A stretch of DNA of 61,018 bases, counting the filler. It is 9 parts of 9 records of this genome, joined end to end, with 100 filler letters (N's around TTAATTAATTAA, not from the genome) between each part and the next. Parts side by side here need not be neighbours in the genome. Positions count along the whole stretch, not along the records: positions 1 to 17,628 come from SRR7504441_1559; positions 17,729 to 22,962 come from SRR7504441_1581; positions 23,063 to 31,030 come from SRR7504441_1587; 6 more parts are not named here. The stretch is one strand, 5' to 3'. The position numbers and the translations under genes are program-made. Position 1 is the stretch's first letter, and the number at the start of each line of letters is the position of its first letter. Below the pieces are notes generated by a model that made no database searches, had not been told where the DNA came from, and saw only the letters and a list, made by a program, of their open reading frames with translations. Of the stretch, positions 13,701-26,528 are shown one piece after another.

Positions 13701-16700
13701 AAGCCGCTCGCCTTGCTGCCAAGGTGGAGAAGAACAAGAAGATTGAGATCAAGACGGAGCTGGCTGAGAAGAAGGATGAAAAGGAGAAAGCGCTCGAGCT
13801 TGATGCTAAAAAGAAGGCAGCTGAAAAGACACGAAAGATGCAGCGGGCAAAAGAGCAATCGAAAAAAGCACGGGAGAAGCAGATTGAGGCCAAGCAGAAG
13901 GCAGAGATTGCCAAAAGCCTTGCAGAGGAGAAAGAGAAGGAGGTGAAGGCCAACAAACAAAAGCTTGTGGAAAAGCAGAAGAAAAAGGAAGAAGCTGATC
14001 GGATCAAGCGAGCAGCTGAAGCAGCAAGGGTTGCCAAGGCAGCTGCTGAGGAGCTAGCTGCTAAGAAGAAAGCAGAGGAGCTGCGGGCAGCAGAGCATGA
14101 GCGGAACGAAAAGAGACGCAATGCTGAGGCAGAGAAAGAGAAAAATGAGAAGGCTGTAGCAAAAGCAAAGAGGATCCAGGAAAAGACTGGAAAGGCTGAG
14201 AAGAAGAAACAGCAAGAACTAGAAGTCAAGAAAGTGGCTGCAGAGAAGGAGGCTGCAAAGGCCAAGGAAGTCAACAAGAAGGCTGAGCAGAAGAAGAAGA
14301 AAGCTCAGGAGGCTGGCAAAAAGGAAGCTAAAAAGGTCGAGACTAAGGAAAAGCAGGCAGCAAAGAAACAGGCCGAAGCTGATCGGTTGGCCAAAGTGGC
14401 ACAGGCCAAGATTGCAGCAAAGAAGGAAAAAGAAGACAAACTGGAGGCTAAGGCCAAGGCTGAAAAGGCGAAAGCAGAAGCGAAAAAGAAAGAACTGAAA
14501 AAAGACCAGAAGGAGGAGAGAAAGGAAGGGGCTGAAGCTGCTAAAGATGAGGAAAAGGCTACCGACAAGAAGGAAAAGGCTGATGTGAAGCAGGAGCAGA
14601 AGAAGGCTGATGCTAATCAGGCCAAAGAAGCTGCAGAAAAGGAGAAACAGAAGGCCAAGGATGCAGAAAAGAATGCCAAAACCCGACAGGATGCTGAAGC
14701 AGCCAAAGCGAAGGAGAAGGCAGCCCAGAAGAAGGAAGACGAGGCTCAGAAGAAGCAAGACAAGGCCAAGGAGAAGCAAGCTAAGCTCAAGGCTGATGCA
14801 GAAGCCTTGGCGGCCAAGAAGAAGGAAGCAGAAGAAAAGAAGAAGATTGCTGCACAGAAGGCAGCAGAGGCAGCCAAGAAGAAGGAGGCAGCACAAGCAA
14901 AGGAAGGCCAGGATAAAGCAGCTGCAAAGAAGAAAGAGCAGGAGGCTAAGGCAGAAGCAGAGAAGGTCAGGAGGAAGCAAGCGGAGGCAATGGAAGACAA
15001 GAGCAAGCTTGCAGCACAGAAAGCAAAGGAGTTGAAGAAGAAAGAGGCTGAGAAAAAGGCTGCTCAGGCTGCTGAAAAGGCCAAGGAGCAAGGAAAGAAG
15101 CTTGAAGAGGAGAAGGAGAAGCGTACAAAACGCGAGGAGGCCCTGGAAAAGAAGGCTAAGGCCATCAAAGAGAAAGCAAAGAAGCATGAGGTGGCCGCAG
15201 AGAAGAAGGCAAAGGCTGCTGCTGAGCTAATTGAGAAGGACAAGCGGCGTGCCGAAAAGAAGAAGAAGGAGGAGGAAGCTGCCCATGAGCGTGAAACAAA
15301 ACACAATAAGCGACTGGAAGCTATGTTTGTAGCAAAGCGGGCTTTGGACAAAAAGGTGGAGGAAGACAAAATCCGTGATCTTCAGCGGAAGGGCTCGTCT
15401 GAGATCGAAGAGGTCAAGAAGCAGGGCAAACACGCGCAACAAAAAGTTGACCTCGTATCTACTATGGGGATTACTCGGCAGGGGTTTGAGCTCAAAGAAT
15501 CGCAGGGGCAGAACAACAAGCTATTTGAGCAGACCCATGAAGAGTATACTGCTGCCAAGAAGAAGACTGCAGAGGAACTCGCAGCAAAGAAGGAGCTGAA
15601 GTCTGCAACAGACGAAAAGATCCCAGTTGCTGCACAGTTGCAAAAGGTCACTGCTGAGGTCAAGCAGCTCAAGCAAGACTTGCTTGCAACTAAAGATGCT
15701 GCAAAGGCAAAGAAATTCTCTGCAAAGCTTGGCCCAGCCAATGCTAAACTGGCTAGGCTCACTGCACAAGTAAAAAAGCTGCAGCAACAAGAGGATACTC
15801 TCAAGAGCAAGGCTGTGAGACTGAGTGGCGAGGTTGCAAAAGAAAAGGAATCCATTCGCAACAACCTTGGTCTGCTTCAAAAGTCCAAGGAAAAAGTGTC
15901 GAAGAGTGATTCCAAACTTACAGACCTAACTGCAGAGGCCAAAAGCAAGATTGCAAGTGTCATGCAGGGCACAGCTTCTAAGCAAGCTGCGGTCGAGCGT
16001 GAGACCTATCAGGCCGTGGCTGCAACCAAAAAGAAATACCGCGAGGAGATTGAGGCACAGGAGAGGACGAAGAAAGACTCTGTTGCGAAAATTGCAGCAG
16101 CGGAAGCTGCTCGGAAGGGCCCCGAGAAAGCAAGAAAGGAGAAAGCAAGAAAGGCTGCCACTGCTCAAGAGCTGGCTGACAAGTCAAAGGTTCTCAAGGA
16201 GAAGAACAAAAAGGAAGCCAAGAAAGAAAATGCACAGAAGAAGAAACGTGCTGCCAAACTTGTAGCTGTGGCCAAGGCGGAAGCTGAAAGCTTGGACAAG
16301 AAGAAGCTCAAAGCCACTATCCAAGAGAAGGAGAAAAAGGCTGTGAAGGCTGCAGCAATTGCCAAGAGTCAGCGGCGCAAGGCTGCTGAGCAGAAATCTA
16401 AGGATGAATCTGAGAGGGCTAACAAGGCTGAGCGAAAGGCTCAGAAGGAGAAAGAGGCAGCTTCAAAGAAGGAGAAGCGGCTAAGGAGGGAGGCGGCAAC
16501 TCTAAGGAGGTCTCAGGAGGAGAATGCTGAGAAAGCCAAGAGAAAGGCTGATAAGGCAAAGGAGAAGGCCAAGAAGCAGGCTGATCTGGACGCTGAGGAG
16601 ACGAGAAAGCAAAAGGAGAGTGCAGACAAGGCTAAAAAGAAGGCCGCTGAAAGTGAATCTAAGGCAGCTGCCAAGGCAAAGCAGGCCAAGCTTGCAGCTG

Positions 16701-17628
16701 AGGCCAAGGCTCGAGTAGAAAAGGAGGCCGAAGAAGCCAAGAAAGCTGCGGCAGCCGAGGCCAAGGTCAAGGCTGCAGCTGCCAAAAAGGCTGCAGAAGC
16801 AGAAAAGGAGGAGAAGGCCAAGGCGGCGAAGGAGGAGAAGGCAAGTAAGGAGAAAGCCAGTAAAGAAAAAGAGAAGCAGGAGAAGGCTGACAAGGAGGCA
16901 ACAAAGAAGAAGGCAGTAGCAGAAGCTGCCAACAAAGCTGCTGTCAAAGCTGCTGCCGAAGCTGCTGCCCAGGCCAAGGAGGCCAAGGACAAAGAGGACA
17001 AGCAGAAAGCAGCCCGTAAAAAGGAGCAGACCGAGAAGGAACAAGCAAAGAAGGAGCAAGCTGAGAAGGAGGAGGCCCGTAAGAAGGAGCAGGCTGAGAA
17101 GAAGGTTGCTGCCGAGAAGGAGAAGGAGCAGGCTGAGAAGAAAGTTGCTGCTGAGAAGGCTGCTGCCGAGAAGCTTCAGAAGGAGCAAGAAAAGGCAGAA
17201 AGAGCCAACAAGGAGGAAGAGAAGAAGGAGGCTGAAAAAGCTGAAAAAGCGGCAGCAAAGGTCAAGGAAAACAAGGAGAAGGTTGCCGAAAATAAGACCA
17301 AGGAGCAGGCGGCAAAGGATGCTGAAGCAAAAGCAGAGAAGGAGAAGGACAAGAAGGAGGCTGAAAAGAAGGCCGCAGAAGCTAAGGAGGCTGCAGAAAA
17401 GGCGCAGGAGAAAGAAGCCAAGGCGGAGAAGGCAGAGAAGGAGGAGAAAGAGAAGACTAGCAAGGAACAAGCCGCCAAGAAAAAGGAGAAGACGGAGAAG
17501 GAGAAGGCTCAGAAGGAACGAGCCACAAAGGAGAAGGCCGCCAAGGAGAACGCAGAAAAGGAGAAGGCCAGCAAGGAGAAGGCTACAAAGGAACAGGCTG
17601 CAAAGAAGAAGGCTGCAGAGGAGAAGGC
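7756..17628 (+). CDS. Giant 3'-partial protein: two PAN/apple-like domains followed by >3,000 aa of Lys/Ala/Glu-rich alpha-helical stalk
   Basis: Introns 7949-8001 and 8487-8524 join SAEECAKICGAKEECRSFSW...CLWS and DQCRALCDGSDSCMSYSY...CYTS (PAN Cys pattern) to an uninterrupted 9.1-kb exon that runs into the gap. The start codon is uncertain (7756 or 7816). Confidence 0.85.
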
Positions 17629-17728
17629 NNNNNNNNNNNNNNNNNNNNNNNNNNNNNNNNNNNNNNNNNNNNTTAATTAATTAANNNNNNNNNNNNNNNN
17701 NNNNNNNNNNNNNNNNNNNNNNNNNNNN
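17629..17728. other. Artificial contig spacer (N44-TTAATTAATTAA-N44)
   Basis: An identical 100-nt linker with stops in all frames recurs eight times. Confidence 0.98.
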
Positions 17729-19280
17729 TTTGTGTGAGCCAGGCTATCGCTGCCCTCACGCCAGTAACTCTTCATCAGTGGTCCAGCCTGCAGCCTGTCC
17801 GGCTGGCACCTTTTCTCATGCTGGAGCCTCGACATGCACTCCATGCCCGAGTGGCCAATATGCAATATCAGAGGCGCAGCCCAGTTGTACCATGTGTCCG
17901 GCAGGCCATTACTGCTCTGATCCAGCTTTCGCCCCCTACCAGTGTCCGAGTGGAAGCTATTCAACAGGGGGACTAGCTAATTGCACTGCTTGTCCCTTGG
18001 GAATGACTGGATTGCCTTTTACCAGATTAACATCAAACATATCCCTGTTGCGCGACACTTGTCATTTATGTCCAGCAGGCTTCTCCTGTACTACTCAACC
18101 TGCCCAGCGAAGCATACGATCTTGTCAGTGCTGAGGGCTGCAGTTCGTGTAGGGCAGGCCGGGCATGTGAGCCTGGGACTGGTGGTACGAATACATCAAA
18201 GCCATGCCATTCAGGCCACTACTGCCCTCCTGCTCAAGCTTACATCAAGGCTTTCCAGGATGCACGCAGTCACATGGAGAAGCAACTGCGTGAACAGCAG
18301 GCTGAACAGAGGGCGCAGCTTGAACGTCGGCTCCAGGCACAGAAGGCTCAGCGCAACCAGGCACGCAAACAGCTTCATTGTGACGCAGTCAAACAATTGG
18401 AAGATATCCAGGCTTTGGAGCAGCAACTTACAACAGAAAGTGAAGATGTGGTCGACCAAATCCTAGAGAAAGTAAAGAAACTGCTTGAACAGCACTTTGC
18501 CAATAATCAAGATGGAGTTGATGATCTAGTGGAGAAATGTAAACTCGCAGCTCTATCTGGTAAAGCGGACACTTTGAATCTGGAGCGTGAGATTGATGGT
18601 CTCAAAGCCAAGATAAACCAGACACTGCCTACGATAAGTCAGGAGGCACATGGTCTTGTGAAAACAAGCATTTCAGATCGCAAGGACCGCTTGCAGAAAT
18701 CTTTGGACAGAATTGGTGGGGACTCAGCAGAACTTGAAATGCAACGTAAAGCGCAGCTGGCCGAAGTTCCTGCGCAGTCTGAGCGAGCGACAGCCGAGAC
18801 AGACGAGTTATTGCATGGATTTGAGAGTTCTGTCAACGGTTTGGTCAACAAAGCACACCAGTCTTTACAGCACCTGTGATTCGGTTCAAGTACAAGCTGA
18901 GCTCTCTCCTGTTCAAAACCAAGTCCATCAGCAGACAGCTACAGTGGTTGAGAATAGGTGCTGACTTTTCCATGTCACTCTTGCAGGTCAAGAAAAATGT
19001 CGAGGATAAGCTCCATGGGACAGCTGTGCGCATCTCATCTCATCAGGCACGAGCGCAACAAGCAATGGTCAAAAAGCTTTTTGAAGCAATCGATACTGAT
19101 GGCGATGGCATGTTGAATTCGACAGAGATTAAGGCCTTGTGCGTGGGCAGTGGGGTCGAGCTGAGTGCTGAAGCGCATAGCACCTTCATGCAGCAGTTTG
19201 GAAGAACAAGTGACGGGCTTGTCTCATTTGATGAGTTCTTCAAATGGTACTCCTCAGCTGTCACGGGTGTTGGAATGTGA
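17729..19280 (+). CDS. 5'-partial GCC2/GCC3 (ephrin-receptor-like) Cys-rich repeat protein with coiled coil and C-terminal EF-hand pair; apparent frameshift near 18095
   Basis: CPAGTFS..CTPCPSGQY..CTMCPAGHYC repeats; EF loops DTDGDGMLNSTE and RTSDGLVSFDE; short introns near 18840-18990. Confidence 0.65.
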
Positions 19281-20077
19281 GTGCGCTCACTATTGAATAT
19301 TAGCGTAGAGTAATCACCAATATAGAGACGAGTAATCACCAACAATAGATACACCGACTCCTGGGGTCCATTGCACCTGCCAGGGCGAGGAAGCAATTAG
19401 GACCCGTGGAAATGGTTAGGAGATGAGAATGATTGTGTACATGATTGTGAAGTGCGTGTGTACATGTACCGGTAGTGTTAAACCTTCATTGTTCAAAAAC
19501 AGTTAATTGACAATTAATAACTCATTGTGCGACGTAAGTAGCATTAGATTAAGTTGATTCATGAACTCGAGCGAAATTCAGGTGCTTTCCGCAAAAATCA
19601 AATATATATATAATTATCATTGTAAAAATTAAATGCATGAGCATGATGGTGCCAGGATGGTGCATGAGAGCGCACACATTTTTGAGGAGTGGCAAGAAAC
19701 TTGTGTGCGGACTTTGAGACAATCCAATGGTTGAAACAAGCGGCAACTGAATTGATGCTTCAGGAAACGACTCAGTGACCTGACATCAAGCTGCTGTCAA
19801 GTACCAGCAAATCAATGATGGAATACAAAACAGCAAGAGGGCCAGCCAGCCCTCATCTCTCATAATCAATGGTCATTGGGACAAGCATCCTCCCACTACT
19901 TAGTCACAGTGACGGTCCACTAAGGCACACGGGCGAGCGTGTGCAGTACAGCGTTAGCTGAACTAGCAGTCGCTGAAACAGTTCGCAGACAGATACAAAG
20001 AACCCTCCGTCGCAAGTTGTAATCCTTGGGCACTAAATGGCACTTATGATCAATTAAAAGGGGAGCTCACCGTAGCG

Positions 20078-21455
20078 CTACCGCGTGGTGATGCCCCACT
20101 GCAGCATGTGCTCCATCTCTTCCACAGAGCGCGAGTCGTTGCTTGTAATCTGCCTGCGCATCTGCTCCACCCGCTTCCACCACACTTCCATCGACTCAAC
20201 CATCTGCCCGCCAAGCTCAGACCGCCTCGAGCAGCATCTGCCTGACCTTCTCGCGCAGCGCCAGTTCCTGCACCGCCTTCTGCAGCTGCGCCCGGGTCAG
20301 ACCATCATCCGATGCTCCCACATAGTCCCACAGGTCAAGCGTATCCGCAGGCGACACAGTCGTGCAGTTCCCAGCCGAAGGCCAGTCGATCAAATGGTAG
20401 ACCCAGCTGATTAGCTGGACAGCCGAATTAAAAGTGAGCAGTTCGGAGCCCAGCTGCTCCGAGAACAGATCGAAAAGGAGGTCGGTCTGGCCTGCAAGCC
20501 CACTGCTGCCGCGCTTCGACAACGCCGCCCAGCCGGCCACAAACGCCGTGCCGTCCATCCCTCCCACTGTCGATTCGGCGCTGTTGGCCACCATCATCTC
20601 AAACAGCCGCGACGCGTGCTTCATCGAGGGCACCATAGAGGTCTTGAACACAACCCTGCAGAAGTCGACTCGAGATAGCCGCTCACGGCTGTGCTCGGCG
20701 CTCCGGTATTCCTCCAGGCCAGTATCCCGCGCGGCAGCCCGGAACGCGGTGTACAGGCCTGCGATGGTCCGCCGGTCCATCCCTGTCTGCTTCTGAAGTT
20801 GATCGAGTACATTCAGCCGCTGCGGGTGCTGCGGCTTGTGGAATGGCTTGGGCTCGTACTTGATTGTGTCTAGTTTGAAGCTGTCGCGAGCGACCGCCAG
20901 CCGGGCCGCCATGGCAGGCCGGATGTTGGTGCTCCTGGTGAACGCGGCTCGGTGCGAGCCGTGCTGCGGGCCGAGGTTCGTCTGCTGCGCCAGCATCCTG
21001 CGCTCGGTGATGTCTTGGGTGCTGTGGGTGGGCTCGGGCGGCGTCACGTCCTCCTCAGCGATGTCCATGCCCTTGCGCACCCGGAGCATCATCCGGTATA
21101 GGCTGGCATCCTCGACCATTTCCCTGGAGAGCTGGGAGCGGGCGATCTCGGCCTCAGCCCAGGCCGGGTATCGGTCCTTCATACGGATGGGCCAGTCGGT
21201 GCCGAGCTGCTCCTGCATCTTCTTGCTCAGCACAGTCGCCTCCTGCTGCTGCATCGCTTGCTCGTGGCCCCGGTGCAGGTTCTCCCGCGCCATGAAGAGC
21301 CGATCGGCCTCGGGGTAGGCCGGTGGGGGCACCACTATCGGCTTGAGCGGAGGGTTGGAGGCAGCGTGCCAGTGGCTGGTCAGCACACCGACTCGCACCA
21401 CGTTGGGTGAGGCCAGCGCCACGTTGGCCTCGCGCGTCCGCGCTTCCGAGCTCAT
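20078..21455 (-). CDS. Protein with a degenerate calcineurin-B/recoverin-like EF-hand C-terminal domain
   Basis: LQKQTGMDRRTIAGLYTAF...HASRLFEMM...FVAGWAALS...LLFDLF follows the NCS/CBL pattern. An intron near 20204-20246 (GTCAGG...GGCAG) adds a final exon ending TAG at 20078. Confidence 0.6.
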
Positions 21456-21553
21456 CGCAGCGGGGAGTGCAGTGGTGCCCGCGGTGCGACGCAACGGCAG
21501 CTGCGGCCTCACTTCAGTTTGCTTTGTGAGAATGGTTTCAGTGAAAGCGTAGC

Positions 21554-22962
21554 ATGAGTGTCCTCAGTGGAGCGGAGCAGGCCCGCCGGACGAGCCGGTT
21601 GCTGCTGCAAAGGCACGCGCTGCATAGGCTCCAGCCGGCCCTGGCCTCCTGGACCCGGTCGCAGGACCCACCGGTCCGGCTGGTGCTGGCCGCGGAGGCG
21701 GTGGGGCTGCTGGATGCGCTCGCCGAGTGGCGGGCCAAGCTGGCGGCGGACCAGCTCCAATGGCTCGACCAGAGTCCGCACGAGCTGGTGGCGCAGCTGC
21801 AGTCCGCGCGCAGGGCGCAGGGCTGGCTGGAGCACGAGATGCGCGCGGTGGCGGCGGCGCTGCAGCCGCGGGGCGAAGCGCCGGCCCCGGCTCGCGACCC
21901 GAGCCCCTGCCGCGACAGGGGCACCGACTGGCGAACAAAGTGGGCGACGCAGTCAATCCGGCTTTCGCAGAAATGCGAGATGTCGGTCAAGAACCTGGTG
22001 CCGGGGCTGAATGCGGTGCCTCAGCTACCCAAGCTGGATATTGCGCGGGCAATGGCCATGACGGCAACGGATGCGACCGATGAGACAACAGATATGACGG
22101 AAGACCCCGGGGGGCAGTTCATGGAAGAGCTGGTGGGTGCGCTCTCGCAGCAGTTAGCAGAAGCGCAGCAGGAGGGCACGGCGCTGAGGGCGGAACTGGC
22201 CTCGGTACAGGAGGAGCAAGCTGGCGGCAGGCAGAGGGAAGCGGCGCTCCGGCGGCAGGTGGAGGAGCGGGATCGGATGCTGGAGAGCGCGCTTCAGCAG
22301 CAGGAGAGCGCTCTGGCCAGGGAGGCGGCGCTAAGTGAGCGACTGAGGCAGCAGGAGAATGCGCTCGTAAGGGCTGAAAGGGCTAGCCGTCTGATAATGG
22401 AGGGCGAGAATGCGAGGCTGGCCAGTAATGCTACTGATGCTACTGAAATGGCCAGAATAGCTAGGAAGGGAGAGGAGAAGGAGAAGGCGCTAGAGAAGGA
22501 GATCAAGGAGACCGACAAGGTGCTTTCAAAAGTCGGGGTAGAGACCGCGCAGCTCCAACAGGAGGCCGCTGCGCAGGAGGCTGCTTTGAGGCTGCGGGAA
22601 CAGCGCCAGGCTGCCGAGCGGGAGGTGGCTCTGCGGAAACAAGTTGAGGCTCTGGAGGCAGAGAAGCTGGCAGCCACACAGGAGAAGAGGAAGGCGCAGC
22701 AGGAGGCAACAAAGGTGCAGCAGGAGGCCACGGCCAGGGAGGCCGTGCTGAGCGAGCGTTTAAAGCAGCAGGAGGATGCTGTGGCAGCTGAACGTGCCCA
22801 GGCTACAAGACTGTGCAACGAGGCTGCTTCAAAGGAGGCCGCACTAAAAGAGGCCTTGGATCATGAAAAGTTCATACAGGCTCGGAGGGAGGCACGAATG
22901 CAGGGTCAAGCTATCGATGTGGCTCTACAAACCAGCCCAATTATCAAGGATAAAGCTGATGA
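21554..22962 (+). CDS. 3'-partial coiled-coil protein of unknown function
   Basis: Open frame of about 470 codons, rich in E/Q/A/R heptads, running into the gap. Confidence 0.7.
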
Positions 22963-23062
22963 NNNNNNNNNNNNNNNNNNNNNNNNNNNNNNNNNNNNNN
23001 NNNNNNTTAATTAATTAANNNNNNNNNNNNNNNNNNNNNNNNNNNNNNNNNNNNNNNNNNNN
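22963..23062. other. Artificial contig spacer
   Basis: N44-TTAATTAATTAA-N44. Confidence 0.98.
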
Positions 23063-23195
23063 GGGACCCTTCTTTGGCAACTGACTTTGATACATGATCG
23101 TATGAGTGTAGGGACTAGCACGGGATTTACAACGGACGCACTCCACCCGGGCCAGCGCAGCACCTTCCCCACCCCAGGCGGTGCTGTGGCTCCAG

Positions 23196-26084
23196 ATGCC
23201 GCCCAAGCCGGCGGTGCCGAAGCTGGACCTGGGCCAGCTCGAGAGCGACCTCGTTGACGGTTCGCATCCCGGCAGCGCCGACCAGCCAGCCGGGTGCAGA
23301 TGAATTCGAGGAGCGTCGGACCGAGACCAACGCCAGTCTTCGGATGGCCAAGATGCAGCGCGAGATCGACGGGATGCCCAAGCCGCTCCGGGTGCGCCCA
23401 GCGACGGCCTTGGTCCACGGGCGTCCGCAGGACATTCTGATTCGGGAGCGGCGGGAGCGGGACCCTGCTTACCAGGACGACTCGGCGAGGGCGGTGCTTG
23501 CGGCCTCACCGCCGGCAAGAGACTCGCTCGCATCGCCCAAGCCGCAGCCCGAAGAAGCGCTGGGGTGTGAGCAGGTGCGGGCACTGGTGCTGCCCCCGGG
23601 GAGCGCGGGGCAGGCTCGCCGGGTTACGCGGCTGGAGTTTGAATTGGAAGAGGCACAGGCCGCAGTCGAAGAAGGCCAGTGGGATAACATCCAATTGCAG
23701 GCGAGCGCTTGCCGGGCTGGACTCAAGCTGGTGGCAGAACGAGCTGGACGAGCAGAAGAAGCAGCTGCAGCAGGCCCAGGATCAGCTGCGTGAGACGAAG
23801 CTTGCAGCCGCACAAGATCTGGCTGCTGCGCACAAAGAGGCAGCAGCAGGCCTCAGACGGGCGGTGAGCGGGGGATCAGGTGGCGCCCTTGCAAGAGGAG
23901 CTGCAGGAGACTGGCCAGCGTACGATCGGGATGGCCGAGTCGCTGCAGGAGGTCGCTGGCCAGAGCCTGGCGCTGCTGAGGCGGGCGTATGAGAAACTGT
24001 CGGAGACTACGAGCCAGCTAGAGGCGGCCAAAGAGGGGCTGGAGGCAGAGAGGCAACGGGGGACGGCGCTGGAAGAAGCGACTATGGTTGCAGTGCAGCT
24101 GTGCGCCGAAGAGCTGGCAAGGGCGCACAGCTGCAGGGACAGAGCAGAGATTGAGGGGCTTCAGATGAGCATGGGGCTTCTAGAGCAATCGCAGGGCGAG
24201 GCAGCCGAGGAGATCCAAGCCGAGAAATGGGCTCGGAGCGAGGCCGAAGGGCAGGCCCAGGCGGCGCTGGCTAGCGTGGCCGGGATGCAAGCACAGATGG
24301 AAGAGCTGAGGGAATCTCTACAGTGTGCTGAGCAGGTCGCAGCCGAATTAGAGCGAGGTAAGGAGCAGAGTAGGCAAGCGCTGGCCGATCTATCCGAAAA
24401 GCTGGCTGGGGTGGAGTCAGGACTGGCTCGGGAGAGTGCAGCGCGAAGAGAGGCTGAGGATCGGGTGACTGCACTGGTTGATGAGAAGCGAGAATTCGAG
24501 CAAAACATCGAAGAGACTGCTGACAGGGAAAAGCAGGCGAAACAGCGCTTGGAGCAGCACATCAAGGCGCTGTCTGGACAGGTGACCACTCTGGGGGGCG
24601 AGTTGGAGAAGGAGAGACTCACACATGGTAGTGCGGTCGAAGCAGCCTCACAGGAATGGGAGTCCGAAAAGCGGACGAGAGAATCTGTGGAGGCCGAGGT
24701 GGGGGCTCTGAAGAGACAGTTGGCCACTGAGCAGGCAGAGCTAGAAGAACTGAGGGTGTCTCTAAAGAGCGTGGAGGAGGGTGCAGAGCGGGAGAAACAA
24801 GCGAAGGAGTTGGCAGAGGAGGAGAAGAGGGTATTGTCTTGCAAGGTGGCGGACTTGGAGGGCTGGATGAGCCAAGTGCAAGTGCTGCAGAAAGCGGCAA
24901 ACGAGACTGCAGCCCAGGAATTGAGCGCTGAGACGCAAGCTAAGGAGAAGGCAGAGCAAGAGAAACAACTATCCGAGAATGAGGTGACGGCGCTTCAAAA
25001 AAGTTTGGTTGAAGCACGTGCAAGACAGGAGGAAGCCCAGCAGGCTGCTCTAGCCGAGCTTAGTCAAGAAAAGCAGGCGCGGGAGCAGGCAGAGGAGCGG
25101 GCCAGCTCTGCGTTGGCCGAGACTCAGGCCCAGCAGGCGGCCTGTGTGGCTGCGCTCGACACTGCAGCCCGTGAGAACCAAGCTCGAGTGTGTGCACAGG
25201 AGGAGACCAACCGAGCATTAGCACAGGTTGCGACGCTGGAGGCGCAGTTGGAGCAATTGCACGCGGCCAAGCGGAGTGCAGAAGAGGAAGGGTCTCGTAA
25301 GCTTGAAGACCTTGAAGGGGAAAAGCAGGCTTGGAGAAGGGCTGAGGAAGAGCTGCTAGGGGTGCAAGCAGCACAGCAGAAGGATGCAGCGGAAATTGCA
25401 GAGCAGCTGGGCGCGGAGAGGCAAGCCAGGGAGCAGGCGGAGCATGCGGCTGAGCAAGCTACAGAGCAGCTCCAGGCCGAGCTTGCTAGTTTGAGGGGCC
25501 AGCTGTCCGAGGCAACCAAGCTGCGAGATGAGCTGATCGATGCTCAGATAGAACAGGCAGCAAGAGACCAAGCGGAGGCCGAGGCCAATCAAGTGTTGGC
25601 ATCTTCGCCACAGAATACGTCGGATGCGACGGCGGGGCAGAGCAGCGAGACTGCGGAAGAAGCAAGCTGTGACGAGTTTGAGCAGGGGAGCGGCGAGTGG
25701 TTGGGGGAAGCAAGTGACGAGCTGGACCAGGAGCGATGGCTGCGGGCAGCGGCGGAGGCCGAGAGGGAGGCGGCGCTTGGGCAAGCCGCCGCTGCAGAGC
25801 AGCAGGTGCAAGCAATGGCCGAGTCTTTGGCTGCCCAAAGGGATGAGATAGGAGCATTGAACCAGCGGTTGAACTGTCTGGATGAAGTGCACCGAGAGGA
25901 CTTGAGCGATGGAGAAGCAGCTAGTGCCGACCTGAAGAGAGAGATCCTCACCCTCAATTTGATTGTGCGAGCATTGAAAGCCAGGCTTGAAGAAGCTGCA
26001 CTAGACACTTCTTCGATATTCCCTACGGAGGAGTCGTCGGGCGACCTGTCGCTATCACCTAGTGTAATATTTCCACATGCATGA
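23196..26084 (+). CDS. Long coiled-coil protein of unknown function
   Basis: ATG at 23196 (MPPKPAVPKLDL). Short introns at about 23260-23299 (GT-AG), 23701-23737 (GC-AG) and about 23840-23879 join ORFs 23254, 23498 and 23880-26084. Confidence 0.7.
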
Positions 26085-26528
26085 CGATGGGGATCCAAAA
26101 GCAGCTAATATAATTATTACGAAGATGTGAATATTACGTCAAGGAGATCCTCTCCGTCGGGCCTGTGGAAATATTACGCAAGGTGACAACGAGATTCAAC
26201 TTACAAGCAACTAGCTAGTACATACATAATTGGTTGCCATAGATAAACCAAGGATGCGCGCTTTGACATAATAAGTCATTAATTTAATGCAGCTGTTGTA
26301 GAAGCTTGTTGCCCCCATCAACTGTAAAAGTGTAAATCACCATGTAACCACCACCAACTCTAGATACAGTTAGATTATAACGACCTTGAAAGTGATCTCT
26401 GTAGGTCTGCAGCTCTGGGTACTGCCATGCTGCCAGTGACGAATGTCATAGAGTCTGCATCGGCCCAGTAATACATGTAATAATAAGTCTACGAACTACG
26501 GTACCTGGTACCAAGTACAGGTACGCAT

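Noticed and set aside
8315-17478. Many long antisense Leu/Phe/Ser-rich ORFs that look like membrane proteins
   Set aside because: They are shadows of the AAG/GAG/GCN-rich sense strand of the giant gene and have no independent motifs.
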